A DNA stretch of 64,000 nt, taken from positions 32,001 to 96,000 of the forward strand of contig CAWGBN010000005.1 in assembly GCA_963820825.1 (NCBI GenBank), in the 5' to 3' direction. This DNA is from Vulcanimicrobiota bacterium. GTDB lineage: Bacteria; Vulcanimicrobiota; Vulcanimicrobiia; Vulcanimicrobiales; Vulcanimicrobiaceae. The notes under the pieces are model-generated. The model had not been told where the DNA came from. It worked only from the letters and a program-made list of their open reading frames with translations, and made no database searches. Below, piece by piece: positions 30,823-40,169 of the stretch; position 1 is the stretch's first letter, and each line of letters starts with the position of its first letter. The position numbers were made by a program, and so were the translations under genes.

Positions 30823-32220
30823 ATGAAGGCGTGGCGCGGCGTTCTGCTCGCGACGCTCGCGCTACTCGCGATCGCAGCCATCCGCGATCTCGTGCGTATC
30901 GGCGACGCCCTGCCCTGGCACAACATGTATGACTTCGCCGATTTTTATTGCGCCGGAACGGCCATCGATCGCGGTGCCGATCCCTATCGCTACGAACCGC
31001 TTCACACCTGCGAGCATCGCGTCAACACCGGCGACGCGTATCGCAACGACCCGCGGCGCACGATTCCGGCGCCGTTACCGCCCTACGATTTTCCGCCGCT
31101 CGCACTCTCCGCGCGCCTGAGCTTCGCAGACGCGCGAATCGTCGGTGCGGCCCTGATCGTTATCGCAATCGCCGCCGCGATCGCTGGGCTCGCGCTGACG
31201 GGGATTCCGCTCGGCGTTGCCGCGCTCGCGCTGGTGCTGCCTGCGGGGTTCGTGCTGCTCAACGCCGGACAGGTCGTTCCATTCGCACTCGTTGCGTCGG
31301 TCTTCACCGGCCTCGCCCTCGCCCGGGGGCGCGCGCCGCTCGCCGGCATCGTCGCGGCCTTCACGCTGATCGAGCCGCATCTCGGGCTGCCGGTCTGCGC
31401 CGCACTCTTATGCTGGGTGCCGCGAAGCCGCATCGCCCTCGTTGCGACGATGCTCGCGCTGGCCGGCATCGGTGTGCTCACCGTCGGGGCGGCGGCGACG
31501 CTCGAGTACGTCGGCTCGGTACTTCCGGCGCAGGCCGCAGCGGAGACCTCCTACGCCTATCAGTACAGCTTCACGTACCTGCTGCGGATTCTCGGCGTCC
31601 CGGTTTCGGCGGCGCTGCTCGCCGGTGAGTTTTCGTACGCCCTTCTGCTGCTCGCCGGCGTATGGCTCGGCGGACGAACCGCGAACGCGCTGCGGCGGCC
31701 GGAGTTGGTGGCGTACGTGCCGGGCGCGTGCAGCGTGATCGCAGGACCGTACGTCCACATGGTCGATCTTTCGTTTGCAATTCCCGCGGCGCTGGTCTTC
31801 GCCGGTGCGTTGAGCGGCCGGCCCAAACAGGTCGCAGTTGCGGTGCTCGTGCTGCTTGCGATTCCTTGGATTCCGGTCTGGATCACGAAGAAACTCTTCC
31901 TCGCGACGCTCTTCGTCGTTGCCGCACTGCTGGCGCGTCTGCGCCCCGGCCTCGCGGTTTCAACGGTCATCTTTGGCGCCGTCGCCGCCGGGATCTATCT
32001 CCTCGAGCTCGCGCCTCCCGCGCCGCTGACGGCAACTACTTCTGGGAACTTCCTTGCCAGCGATCTCGCGCAGAGCGCGTGGGCGGCGTACGTCGCGGCC
32101 CTCGGCAGCCAGAGTCTTACCTGGCTGGCGGTCAAAATACCGACGTGGGCGGCCCTTAGCGGTTTGATCGCGCTCGCGTTTGGAGCCTCGCGCGCGCAAC
32201 GAGTGCCTGCATCGCCGTGA
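30823..32220 (+). CDS. GT-C (GT87/DUF2029-like) integral membrane glycosyltransferase, paralog 1
   Basis: DFADFY after TM1, DPY, GQ motif, many TM helices. Confidence 0.75.
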   Translation: MKAWRGVLLATLALLAIAAIRDLVRIGDALPWHNMYDFADFYCAGTAIDRGADPYRYEPLHTCEHRVNTGDAYRNDPRRTIPAPLPPYDFPPLALSARLSFADARIVGAALIVIAIAAAIAGLALTGIPLGVAALALVLPAGFVLLNAGQVVPFALVASVFTGLALARGRAPLAGIVAAFTLIEPHLGLPVCAALLCWVPRSRIALVATMLALAGIGVLTVGAAATLEYVGSVLPAQAAAETSYAYQYSFTYLLRILGVPVSAALLAGEFSYALLLLAGVWLGGRTANALRRPELVAYVPGACSVIAGPYVHMVDLSFAIPAALVFAGALSGRPKQVAVAVLVLLAIPWIPVWITKKLFLATLFVVAALLARLRPGLAVSTVIFGAVAAGIYLLELAPPAPLTATTSGNFLASDLAQSAWAAYVAALGSQSLTWLAVKIPTWAALSGLIALAFGASRAQRVPASP

Positions 32221-33698
32221 AGACGTCCCGACAGCGGGTGCTCGTCTTCGTGCTGATGATGCTCTTAGGACTGGCCGCACTGCGCGACGTGAGCCGCTTG
32301 GGCGCGGCACTTCCATGGCGAACGATGGACGATTTCCCCGATTTTTACTGTGCCGGTGCGGTGCTCGATCTCGGAGCGAGTCCCTACACCTACGAGCCGC
32401 TCCATGCCTGCGAGCATCGCGTCAATAGCGGCGATACCTTTCGCGGGCAGCTCTTCGCGCGCAATCCGAGCGTCGCCATTCCGGCTCCGCAGCCGGCCTT
32501 CGATTTTCTGCCGTTTATGGGACTCGCGCGCTTGCCGTTCGATGTTGCCCGTGCCGTGGACGGCGCAGCGATCGTACTAGCGGTCGCGCTCTCGGTCGCC
32601 GCGCTCGCCGCGCTCGGCGTCTCGTGGGAGCTCGCTGCTGCGGCGTTCGTGCTCTCGACGGCGTATGCGGAGCTCAACACCGGCCAAATCGTTCCGTTCT
32701 CGCTGTTCGCGCTCGTTCTCGCCGGACTCGCGCTCGCACGTAAGCGCGAGATGCTCGCGGGCATCCTCGCCGCTTTGACGGTAATCGAGCCCACCGCGGG
32801 CCTTCCGGTCGTCGCCGTAGCGCTGCTCTTCGTGCCGCGCTCGCGATTCGCAACGATTGCCACGCTGCTGCTCTTAGCGATATGCTCGGTCGTCCTCGTT
32901 GGACCGGTCGGATTCGTCGAGTATTTCACTCGAGTGCTTCCCGCGCACGGAGCCTCCGAGCTGCACTTTCCGTTTCAATATAGCGTCGCGTATATCGCGG
33001 CCTACCTTGGCCTCGCGCCCGCCGCCGCGCAGCTGGCCGGAACGATCTCCTATCTCGTTGTCGTGGTGCTCGGGCTAACGCTCGCGCGACCCGTGAGCGC
33101 GAGGCTCGATCGCCGCGAGCTGCTCTTCTTCGTACCCGCGCTCTGGGCGGTTACCGGCGGAGCCTTTCTCCATCAAGAGGAGCTCTGTTTCGCGCTTCCC
33201 GCCGTGCTCGTTTTCGTGACGGCGATGCGCGGACGTAGCCAAGGCATCGCCGCCGTCGCACTCTGCGCGCTCGCGATCCCCTGGATCGCGGTCTGGGGCA
33301 CGAAGCAGCTCTTCCTGGCAAGCCTCTTCGTCTGCGCCGCTATCCTGTTGACCGCTCGGATCGATTGGCGCGCCGGGGCCGGCGCCCTCTGCGCGATCGC
33401 CGCGCTTCTCTATGCGCTCGAGCTTCATCCGCCGCATCTGCCAGTCCCGGCGTTGCCCCCGAGCTACCCACCCGGCGCTCTCGTACAGACGGAGTGGCGC
33501 GATTATACGGAAGGGCGCAGCACGCGTGACCCCCTCTGGTTCGCCGTTAAACTCCCGACATGGGCTGCACTGATTGCGGCGGTTGCGCTGGCGGCGCGGG
33601 TTGGGCGTCGATCTCCACCCGCATCTGAATCCAACCGCGAAAGTTTGCGTGAAAGTTCGAATCTCGGGCGGGCGTCGCGACGTGCTCGAACGGACTGA
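32217..33698 (+). CDS. GT-C (GT87/DUF2029-like) integral membrane glycosyltransferase, paralog 2
   Basis: DFPDFYCAG..SPY.YEPLHACEHRVN; colinear with the upstream paralog. Confidence 0.75.
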   Translation: MKTSRQRVLVFVLMMLLGLAALRDVSRLGAALPWRTMDDFPDFYCAGAVLDLGASPYTYEPLHACEHRVNSGDTFRGQLFARNPSVAIPAPQPAFDFLPFMGLARLPFDVARAVDGAAIVLAVALSVAALAALGVSWELAAAAFVLSTAYAELNTGQIVPFSLFALVLAGLALARKREMLAGILAALTVIEPTAGLPVVAVALLFVPRSRFATIATLLLLAICSVVLVGPVGFVEYFTRVLPAHGASELHFPFQYSVAYIAAYLGLAPAAAQLAGTISYLVVVVLGLTLARPVSARLDRRELLFFVPALWAVTGGAFLHQEELCFALPAVLVFVTAMRGRSQGIAAVALCALAIPWIAVWGTKQLFLASLFVCAAILLTARIDWRAGAGALCAIAALLYALELHPPHLPVPALPPSYPPGALVQTEWRDYTEGRSTRDPLWFAVKLPTWAALIAAVALAARVGRRSPPASESNRESLRESSNLGRASRRARTD

Positions 33699-34392
33699 GG
33701 TGACGATCGCTCTTGAGGCGTTCGTAGAGCTCGAGATCCTTAGCAATCTCCCGCGTTCCCTCGTGCGTTAAATACGAAACGCGGGCGCAACGCGCGGCCG
33801 AGATCCGCTTGCGCTCTTCGACCTCCAAATCGGCATCGTCGGGCTGCAGTAGGGGCGTGTGCCACTGCCCGTACTCGACCGAACGCGGAGTACTCGCGGT
33901 AATCGCCTCGCGCATGCGCAGCGCGGCGGCGCGAATCTCCGGTTGCGCATTCGGTGCGCAGCGCAGCTCGAAGAAATTCGACCACTCCGTCGCGGTCACG
34001 ATTACCGTGTGCCAGAGGAACGGCTCGAGAAGCCGGTTGAGCTCCTGTTTGTGCACTTTGAGATCGAGCAGCTCGCGCGCGTGCGCGACCGCATCGTCCC
34101 GCGCCGCGAGCCAGGCACGAGTCGCCGCTCGAGTCGCTTCCTCGGAGAGTACGTCGCTCGCCGACATTCCGGCTTTGTTGAGCCCCCACTCAAGTGGAGT
34201 TGCCGGGTCGCGCTCGACGCGCTCGATGAGTTTCGCGGTCGGCACGGCACGCGAGCTCGCGCTATTCCGCGATAGCATTCGGTGCGTGTTAAACTCGGCC
34301 AGGACGAAGCGCGGAAACGTTACCTCGAGCGTAGTGAGCCGGACTCCGTTGCGATTGACGGAGTCCAGCAGCACACGCGCGCTATACGCCAC
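33547..34392 (-). CDS. thyX: FAD-dependent thymidylate synthase (Thy1/ThyX family)
   Basis: EFNTHRMLSRNSASSRA, AQPEIR, ARCARVSY, HLSPFEH. Confidence 0.88.
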   Translation of the reverse strand: MAYSARVLLDSVNRNGVRLTTLEVTFPRFVLAEFNTHRMLSRNSASSRAVPTAKLIERVERDPATPLEWGLNKAGMSASDVLSEEATRAATRAWLAARDDAVAHARELLDLKVHKQELNRLLEPFLWHTVIVTATEWSNFFELRCAPNAQPEIRAAALRMREAITASTPRSVEYGQWHTPLLQPDDADLEVEERKRISAARCARVSYLTHEGTREIAKDLELYERLKSDRHLSPFEHVATPARDSNFHANFRGWIQMRVEIDAQPAPPAQPPQSVQPMSGV

Positions 34393-35472
34393 TCAGCCGC
34401 GATAGCGTAAGAAAGCCGGGACGTCGATATCGTCCATCGTGACCGGAGCGACCGCTTCGAGGCGTCCGGTATCGAAGGCGTAGCCGCTCTGCGCTCCGCG
34501 ATAACCACGCCGCGAACCGAACCCCGCCGCCAACACGGTCACGCGAACCTTCCCCGACATCGCCGGGTCGATCGAGGCGCCGAAGATAATCTGCGCCTCC
34601 GAGTCGACGGCGCGGCTGATCATCTCGGCCGCCTCGTTCACTTCGTACATCGCCATGTCCGGACCGCCGGTGATGTTGAAGATCACCCCGTGGGCGCCTT
34701 CGACCGTCGTCTCGAGCAACGGGGAGGCGATGGCCTTTTGGGCCGCATCGGCCGCGCGGTGCTCGCCGCTGCCCTCTCCGATTCCCATCATCGCCGATCC
34801 GGCATCGGTCATGATCGTCTTGACGTCGGCGAAGTCGAGGTTGATCAGGCCGGGCTGCGTGATCAGATCGCTGATCCCGGCGATTCCCTGACGCAGCACG
34901 TCGTCGGCGTACGAAAAGGCTTCGTTGAGGGGCGTCTTCTTCTCGATAACCTGCAGGATGCGTTCGTTCGGAATCGTGATCAGGGTATCGACCTTCGATT
35001 CGAGTTCGGCGATGCCGTTCTCGGCGATCTGCATCCGTTTCTTGCCCTCAAACGCGAAGGGCTTGGTAACGACCGCGATGGTGAGCGCTCCGGATTCCCG
35101 CGCGATCTCGGCGATCACCGGCGAAGCTCCGGTTCCCGTTCCGCCGCCCATCCCGGCGGTCAGAAATACGAGATCGGCTCCGTCGAGGATTAGCGAGAGA
35201 TCTTCGCGCGATGACTCGGCGGCTTCGCGCCCGAGGGTGGGATTCGCGCCGGCGCCTAAGCCGCGCGTTTGGTTACCGCCGATGTGAACGCGATTCTCCG
35301 TCAGCGAGCCGCGCAAGGCTTGAACGTCGGAGTTGACCGCGAAAAAGTCGACCCCGCTCAAGCCGCCCGCGATCATACGATTAACGGCGTTACAGCCGCC
35401 GCCGCCGATGCCGACGACTTTGATCGTCGCTGCGTGCTCGGGTTCGGATGTGGAACGTCGTCCTTCAGCCAT
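34393..35472 (-). CDS. ftsZ: cell division protein FtsZ
   Basis: GIGGGGCNAV, GMGGGTGTG, NLDFADV, C-terminal DIDVPAFLR. Confidence 0.98.
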   Translation of the reverse strand: MAEGRRSTSEPEHAATIKVVGIGGGGCNAVNRMIAGGLSGVDFFAVNSDVQALRGSLTENRVHIGGNQTRGLGAGANPTLGREAAESSREDLSLILDGADLVFLTAGMGGGTGTGASPVIAEIARESGALTIAVVTKPFAFEGKKRMQIAENGIAELESKVDTLITIPNERILQVIEKKTPLNEAFSYADDVLRQGIAGISDLITQPGLINLDFADVKTIMTDAGSAMMGIGEGSGEHRAADAAQKAIASPLLETTVEGAHGVIFNITGGPDMAMYEVNEAAEMISRAVDSEAQIIFGASIDPAMSGKVRVTVLAAGFGSRRGYRGAQSGYAFDTGRLEAVAPVTMDDIDVPAFLRYRG

Positions 35473-35504
35473 TGCGTCGGGTTCCTCCGTAAAAAAAGTG
35501 TGCG

Positions 35505-36713
35505 TTATGTCCAAAGATCTGCCAGCCAACGCTGGACTCTCGAAACGACCGAGTGTCCGCGGCGCCCGCCGCGAACGGCGTCGTCGCGCTCGCCATTCGC
35601 CCCGAAGAGCACGAGCCCAATAGCCGTTGCGTATTGCGGCGCCGCCATTACTTCGGTGAGCCCTCCCATCGCCTTGGGCGTACCGATGCGAACCGGTAAA
35701 CCAAAAACCTCCTCCGCAATCGATTCTATGCCGGGAAGCTGCGCGCCGCCTCCCGTCAGAACGATCTCGCCGAGCACCACGTCGCGGGGCACGTTCTCGA
35801 CGATCTTCTGCTTCGCCATTCGAAGCGTCTCCAGAACGCGTGGAACGACGATCTGACGCAGCTCCGCGGTGGAGTGCTCGCGCGTCGCCCGGCCGTCGAG
35901 CGTGCGCACGTCGAAGCACTCGTCTTTATCGGTGGCCCCGAGCCGTTTCTTGACCTCCTCCGCCTCGGCGAGCGTCGTCTTGAGCCCGAGCGAGATGTCG
36001 CTCGTGAGCACGTTGCCGCCGACCGGAATGGTTGCCGTATAGATTGCGCTGCCCAGCGAGTAGACGGCCACGTCGGTCGTGCCGCCGCCGATGTCGAGCA
36101 GCACCACCCCGACCTGCTTCTCCTCGTTCAGCAGCGTCGCGGCCGAGCTCGCCAGCGGTTCGAAGACGACGCCGTTTGCCTCCAAGCCGGCGCGATGGAC
36201 GCACTTGAGCACGTTGGTGATGAAGCTCGTGCTCCCGGTGACGATGTGGGTATCGACCTCTAATCGCCCCCCGGCCATGCCGATGGGGTCGTTGACCCCC
36301 TCCTGGCCGTCCACGGTAAAGTAGCGCGGAAGCGCGTGAATGATCTGGCGGTCGGTCGGGAGGTTGATGATCTTGCTCGCGTCGATGACGCGGCGAACGT
36401 CACCGGAGGTTACCTCGCGATCCTCGCCCGAGACCGCGACGACGGCGCGATTGTTCGTGCTGCGGATGTGATCGCCGGTGATGCCGACGACGACCTCGTT
36501 GAAGTGTATCCCGGCCATACGCTCGGCCTTTTCGGTTGCCGCTTCAATCGACTTGATCGTCTCGTCCAAGTCGACGACGACGCCCTTGCGCATACCGAGC
36601 GAGGGCGCCTCCCCGACGCCGAGGATCTCGAGACCGGCCGAGCCGTTGACGGCAACGACCGTGCACGTCTTGGTCGTTCCGATATCGAGCCCGCACACGG
36701 TCTCGTGTCTCAT
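35505..36713 (-). CDS. ftsA: cell division protein FtsA
   Basis: GLDIGTTK, LDIGGGTT, LTGGGAQL, C-terminal amphipathic helix. Confidence 0.97.
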   Translation of the reverse strand: MRHETVCGLDIGTTKTCTVVAVNGSAGLEILGVGEAPSLGMRKGVVVDLDETIKSIEAATEKAERMAGIHFNEVVVGITGDHIRSTNNRAVVAVSGEDREVTSGDVRRVIDASKIINLPTDRQIIHALPRYFTVDGQEGVNDPIGMAGGRLEVDTHIVTGSTSFITNVLKCVHRAGLEANGVVFEPLASSAATLLNEEKQVGVVLLDIGGGTTDVAVYSLGSAIYTATIPVGGNVLTSDISLGLKTTLAEAEEVKKRLGATDKDECFDVRTLDGRATREHSTAELRQIVVPRVLETLRMAKQKIVENVPRDVVLGEIVLTGGGAQLPGIESIAEEVFGLPVRIGTPKAMGGLTEVMAAPQYATAIGLVLFGANGERDDAVRGGRRGHSVVSRVQRWLADLWT

Positions 36714-36756
36714 CCCCGCTCCGTCACACCTGTCCCTTAGCCAACAGCTCGACTAA

Positions 36757-36804
36757 CCACGATATATTGTGGTCTCTCCGGCCGAATCCTACTACTTATA
36801 GCGG
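36757..36804. promoter_or_regulatory. tandem NrdR-box-like palindromes
   Basis: CCACGATATATTGTGG (36757-36772) and CTACTACTTATAGCGG (36789-36804), starts 32 bp apart. Confidence 0.7.
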
Positions 36805-36870
36805 AATTAGGCCGGTCCCGCAAGCCTTAGCGAGCGCCCAGCCATCTCCTTGAGGAGAAGCCCGCAAACG

Positions 36871-36890
36871 TGTGGAGAAGCTGTGCATGA
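36871..36890. promoter_or_regulatory. two DnaA-box-like motifs
   Basis: TGTGGAGAA and TGTGCATGA versus consensus TGTGGATAA (1 and 2 mismatches), 11-bp periodicity. Confidence 0.4.
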
Positions 36891-37041
36891 GTTTCGTAAA
36901 TCCGTTTGCTTCGGCAGAAGGGCTTATCAAAAATAGCTCAAAATGAAGCGCGGAAAAAGCAACGCCGCGCCCTAGATGCGCGACGACGCTTCAGTTATGA
37001 TGCTCTTTTGATTCTTTGCTGCTCACTGGGGGCCCGCGCCT

Positions 37042-37332
37042 GTGAATCGTAATCGCTTACTCGCTGCTTTCTGTCTTGCATCGTTGTTGCCAACCGCTGC
37101 GCTCGCTGCCACGGTTGCCTCGACGAGCATACCGGATGGTACGTACACCGTCACGGTCGTAAGAGTTGTCGATGCCAAGCACGTGGACGTCAAGATGGAC
37201 AACGGGCAGGAGTCGACGCTGGCCGCCGGACGGCCGACCGTGGACTTCTCGAAGATCCGGACAAACGATCAGGTCAAACTCTCGCTCATCAGCGGCAACG
37301 TGATGGTCTATCTCGACCTCACGTCCCACTAA
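37042..37332 (+). CDS. small secreted beta-rich (OB-fold-like) protein
   Basis: Signal peptide ending AALA; alternating beta pattern. Confidence 0.7.
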   Translation: MNRNRLLAAFCLASLLPTAALAATVASTSIPDGTYTVTVVRVVDAKHVDVKMDNGQESTLAAGRPTVDFSKIRTNDQVKLSLISGNVMVYLDLTSH

Positions 37333-37342
37333 CCGTTTCGCC

Positions 37343-38095
37343 TCAGCGGCTCGGTCCGTAGACGAGAACGGGCGCCGTCGGCGCTCGTAAGTCGATCGCT
37401 GCAACGCGGCGTTGCTGCGTCACGACTTGTGCGAGGATCGCGCTTGCGAGCGTCAGCTTTCGGTCCAAATCGTTCGAACCGCCGAGCAGCAGCTTCATTC
37501 CGCCCCGCATCGTAACGACCAGGCCGCCGAAGCGGTCCAAGCCCAGCGCGATGGCCGGGATGCGCGTCGCCGCAACGGCATCGTACGCGTCGCGCAGCTC
37601 GACCGCGTCGCGGCTTCGAACGTAGGCTCCCGGCACGAGCTCGCTTCCGGGTGCGATCGCGAGTTCCGGGAAGGGCTCGCCGCCGTCTGCCGGCTCGAGC
37701 ACCCGCAGCGCGTGGTCGACGACGGCTCGCTCGTCGCCGCTTCGTACAATCGCGAACGGCACGCGCTCCACCACTGCAATCTGCATCGCCGCGGGAGGCG
37801 TGCGCCCGACCGCAGCGGTGGCGATATACGGAATCGCCTCGACTCGCCGCGCGATCGCGCCGGTATTCTGCAGCCAGATCGTCACGTGCGCCGGAATCGC
37901 GGCGCGTGCCAGGATCTCGGCGCGCGCAACTCGATGGTTGCCGCGGATGGCGATCTCCTTCGGGTCGAATGCCGGCCAGGTTGCGGCGACGGCAAGACCG
38001 GTCCCAACCAGGAGCGCGCAGATCGCAATCGGCATCCAAAACGGTCGAACGCGCGCGACCGGCGACGGCTTTCGGCGCCGCTGCTTCACGCGCAC
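37343..38095 (-). CDS. ftsQ: FtsQ/DivIB-family cell division protein
   Basis: Basic N-terminus, single TM, POTRA (IAIRGN..., VERVP), C-terminal IDLR; upstream of ftsA. Confidence 0.85.
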   Translation of the reverse strand: MRVKQRRRKPSPVARVRPFWMPIAICALLVGTGLAVAATWPAFDPKEIAIRGNHRVARAEILARAAIPAHVTIWLQNTGAIARRVEAIPYIATAAVGRTPPAAMQIAVVERVPFAIVRSGDERAVVDHALRVLEPADGGEPFPELAIAPGSELVPGAYVRSRDAVELRDAYDAVAATRIPAIALGLDRFGGLVVTMRGGMKLLLGGSNDLDRKLTLASAILAQVVTQQRRVAAIDLRAPTAPVLVYGPSR

Positions 38096-38895
38096 GTCAG
38101 TACGTACTTTTCAATCGCCTCGGCGACGCCGTCGTGAGCGAGATCGCCGACGACGCGATCGCAGACGGCCTTGAGCTCCGGCGGCGCCGATCCCATCGCG
38201 ACGGCGAACCCCGCGGCCTCGAGCAGAGGCCCGTCGTTCCACGAGTCCCCGATCGCAAGGGTCTCTTCCGTGGCGATCCCCATGCGTTTTGCGACGAACC
38301 GTAATGCGGCGCCCTTGTCGACGCTCGGGTCGAGCACTTCGACGAACTCCGGAAGACTGCGCGTCACGTTGGCGCGCCCCCTCAGAATCGCGCCGAGCTT
38401 TTCGGCGTACTGCGCCGCGACCGCCGGCTCGGAAATCAGCACGCCCTTCGTCGCCGGGCTGTAGGCAAAGGCTTCCCGAAGCGACGGCACGATCACCGGC
38501 TGGGTCATCGCGAGGGAGGCGTACAGATCCGAGTACGCGTTGCGCGCTTCGCAGTAGTACTCGTCATTTCGATAGAGCTGCAAGTGCATGCGGTCGCGCT
38601 CCGCGAGCGTCGCCAGCTCGAGCACGACGTCGTTGGCAAGCGCGGCGTGCGCGAGCACTTCGTCGGTTGCGGGATCGATGATCGCAGCACCCTGATAGCA
38701 GATCAGCGGCGCGTCGAAATCGAGCTCTCGCGCAAACGGCACGGTCGCGCGATACATCCGTCCCGTGACCAAACAGCCGGCGATTCCTGCTCGCTGCATT
38801 CGTGCGATCGCCTCGCGAACGATCTTCGAGATCGTCAGATCGCGTCCGACGAGCGTGCCGTCGACGTCGAATGCGACGAGCTTTGGGGCGGTCAA
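38086..38895 (-). CDS. Cof-type HAD-IIB hydrolase
   Basis: AFDVDGTL, VTGR, VDKG, AIGDSWND. Confidence 0.92.
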   Translation of the reverse strand: MTAPKLVAFDVDGTLVGRDLTISKIVREAIARMQRAGIAGCLVTGRMYRATVPFARELDFDAPLICYQGAAIIDPATDEVLAHAALANDVVLELATLAERDRMHLQLYRNDEYYCEARNAYSDLYASLAMTQPVIVPSLREAFAYSPATKGVLISEPAVAAQYAEKLGAILRGRANVTRSLPEFVEVLDPSVDKGAALRFVAKRMGIATEETLAIGDSWNDGPLLEAAGFAVAMGSAPPELKAVCDRVVGDLAHDGVAEAIEKYVLTCA

Positions 38896-40169
38896 CTCCC
38901 CGATCTCATCCGCGCCGCGTGGGCGTGCTGCGGAAGACCATCGAATTCCGCCAGCGATGCGAGTGTCTGCGCGTCGTTTTCGATACGCTCCGCCGTGTTC
39001 GCCACGACGGTGAAGCTTCGAGTGAAGTCGGCGAGCGAGAGGCTCGAGGCAAAACGCGCCGTTCCGGAGCTCGGCGCGACGTGGCTCGTGCCGGCGAGGT
39101 ACTCTCCGCTCACTGCCGGCGTCATATCGCCGACGAAGACCGTTCCGGCGGCGTAAATTCGATCCAGATATGCCGAAGCATCGCGGACCTGCAGTGAGAG
39201 ATAGGCCGGTGCGAAGCGATTGACGAGATCGAAGAGCCTCTCCCGAGAGCTCGCTTCGATCAACCGGCAATGCCCCGAGATCGCCTCGCTGAGGAATTCG
39301 TGCCGTTCGAGCGTTTGGAGATCGAGCGTGTCGATCAGTTGCGCAACGGCTTCCAAGAGCGGACGCGATTCTGAGACCACCGCAAGGCGCGTGACCGCGG
39401 GAAGCTCAGCCGCAGTGAGCAGCTCGCCGACGACGTACTCGCTGTTCGCTCCATCGTCGGCGATGACCAGCACCTCCGCCGGGCCGGCCAGGCCATCGAT
39501 TCCGCAGGCGCCGAAAACCTGGCGTTTTGCCTCGGTCGTCCAAAGACCGCCGCGTCCAACGATTTTGTCCACCGCAGCGACGGACTCGGTTCCGAACGCG
39601 GCCGCGGCAACTGCTTGCGCTCCGCCGACGGCGTAGAGCTCGTCGACGCCGCATAGCGCACAGGCGAAGCGGGCCGCACCCGAGAGTCCGCTCGGGTCGG
39701 CCGGCGTGAGCACGACCACGCGCGAAACGCCGGCGATCTTCGCCGGCACCGCGCCCATCAAAATCGCGGCGCCGGCACCGTTGCGCGGTGCGTAGACGGC
39801 CACCGACCGCAGCGCGCAGCGCCGCACCGCGTACCGCGTCCCATCCTTCTCGACGTAATTGACGTCCGTCTGTCGTTGGCGTTCGTGGAAGCGCGCGATT
39901 CGTTCTTTTGCGAGTTCGAGGGCCGCGGCGATCTCGGCCGGCACGAGCGCCCGCGCGCCCTCCAGCATTGGAATCGCGACGCGCAGCTTCGAGAGGTCGA
40001 AGCGCGCGTCGTCGACGCTGCGCGCGTAATCGACCACCGCGGCGTCACCGCGGGCGCGAACGTCGCGGATAATGCGAGCGACGCCGTCGGCGATTTCGTC
40101 GGGGACGCTCCAGCCTCGATCGAGCAATCCTTCCAGCGCTCGCGCGTCCGATGCAGAGACGACGTTCAT
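38892..40169 (-). CDS. hisD: histidinol dehydrogenase-like protein (divergent active site)
   Basis: VRARGDAAV, PAKIAGV, VGGAQAVAAAAFGTES, VDKIVG, GIDGLAGPAE; Zn and catalytic residues partly replaced. Confidence 0.8.
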   Translation of the reverse strand: MNVVSASDARALEGLLDRGWSVPDEIADGVARIIRDVRARGDAAVVDYARSVDDARFDLSKLRVAIPMLEGARALVPAEIAAALELAKERIARFHERQRQTDVNYVEKDGTRYAVRRCALRSVAVYAPRNGAGAAILMGAVPAKIAGVSRVVVLTPADPSGLSGAARFACALCGVDELYAVGGAQAVAAAAFGTESVAAVDKIVGRGGLWTTEAKRQVFGACGIDGLAGPAEVLVIADDGANSEYVVGELLTAAELPAVTRLAVVSESRPLLEAVAQLIDTLDLQTLERHEFLSEAISGHCRLIEASSRERLFDLVNRFAPAYLSLQVRDASAYLDRIYAAGTVFVGDMTPAVSGEYLAGTSHVAPSSGTARFASSLSLADFTRSFTVVANTAERIENDAQTLASLAEFDGLPQHAHAARMRSGS

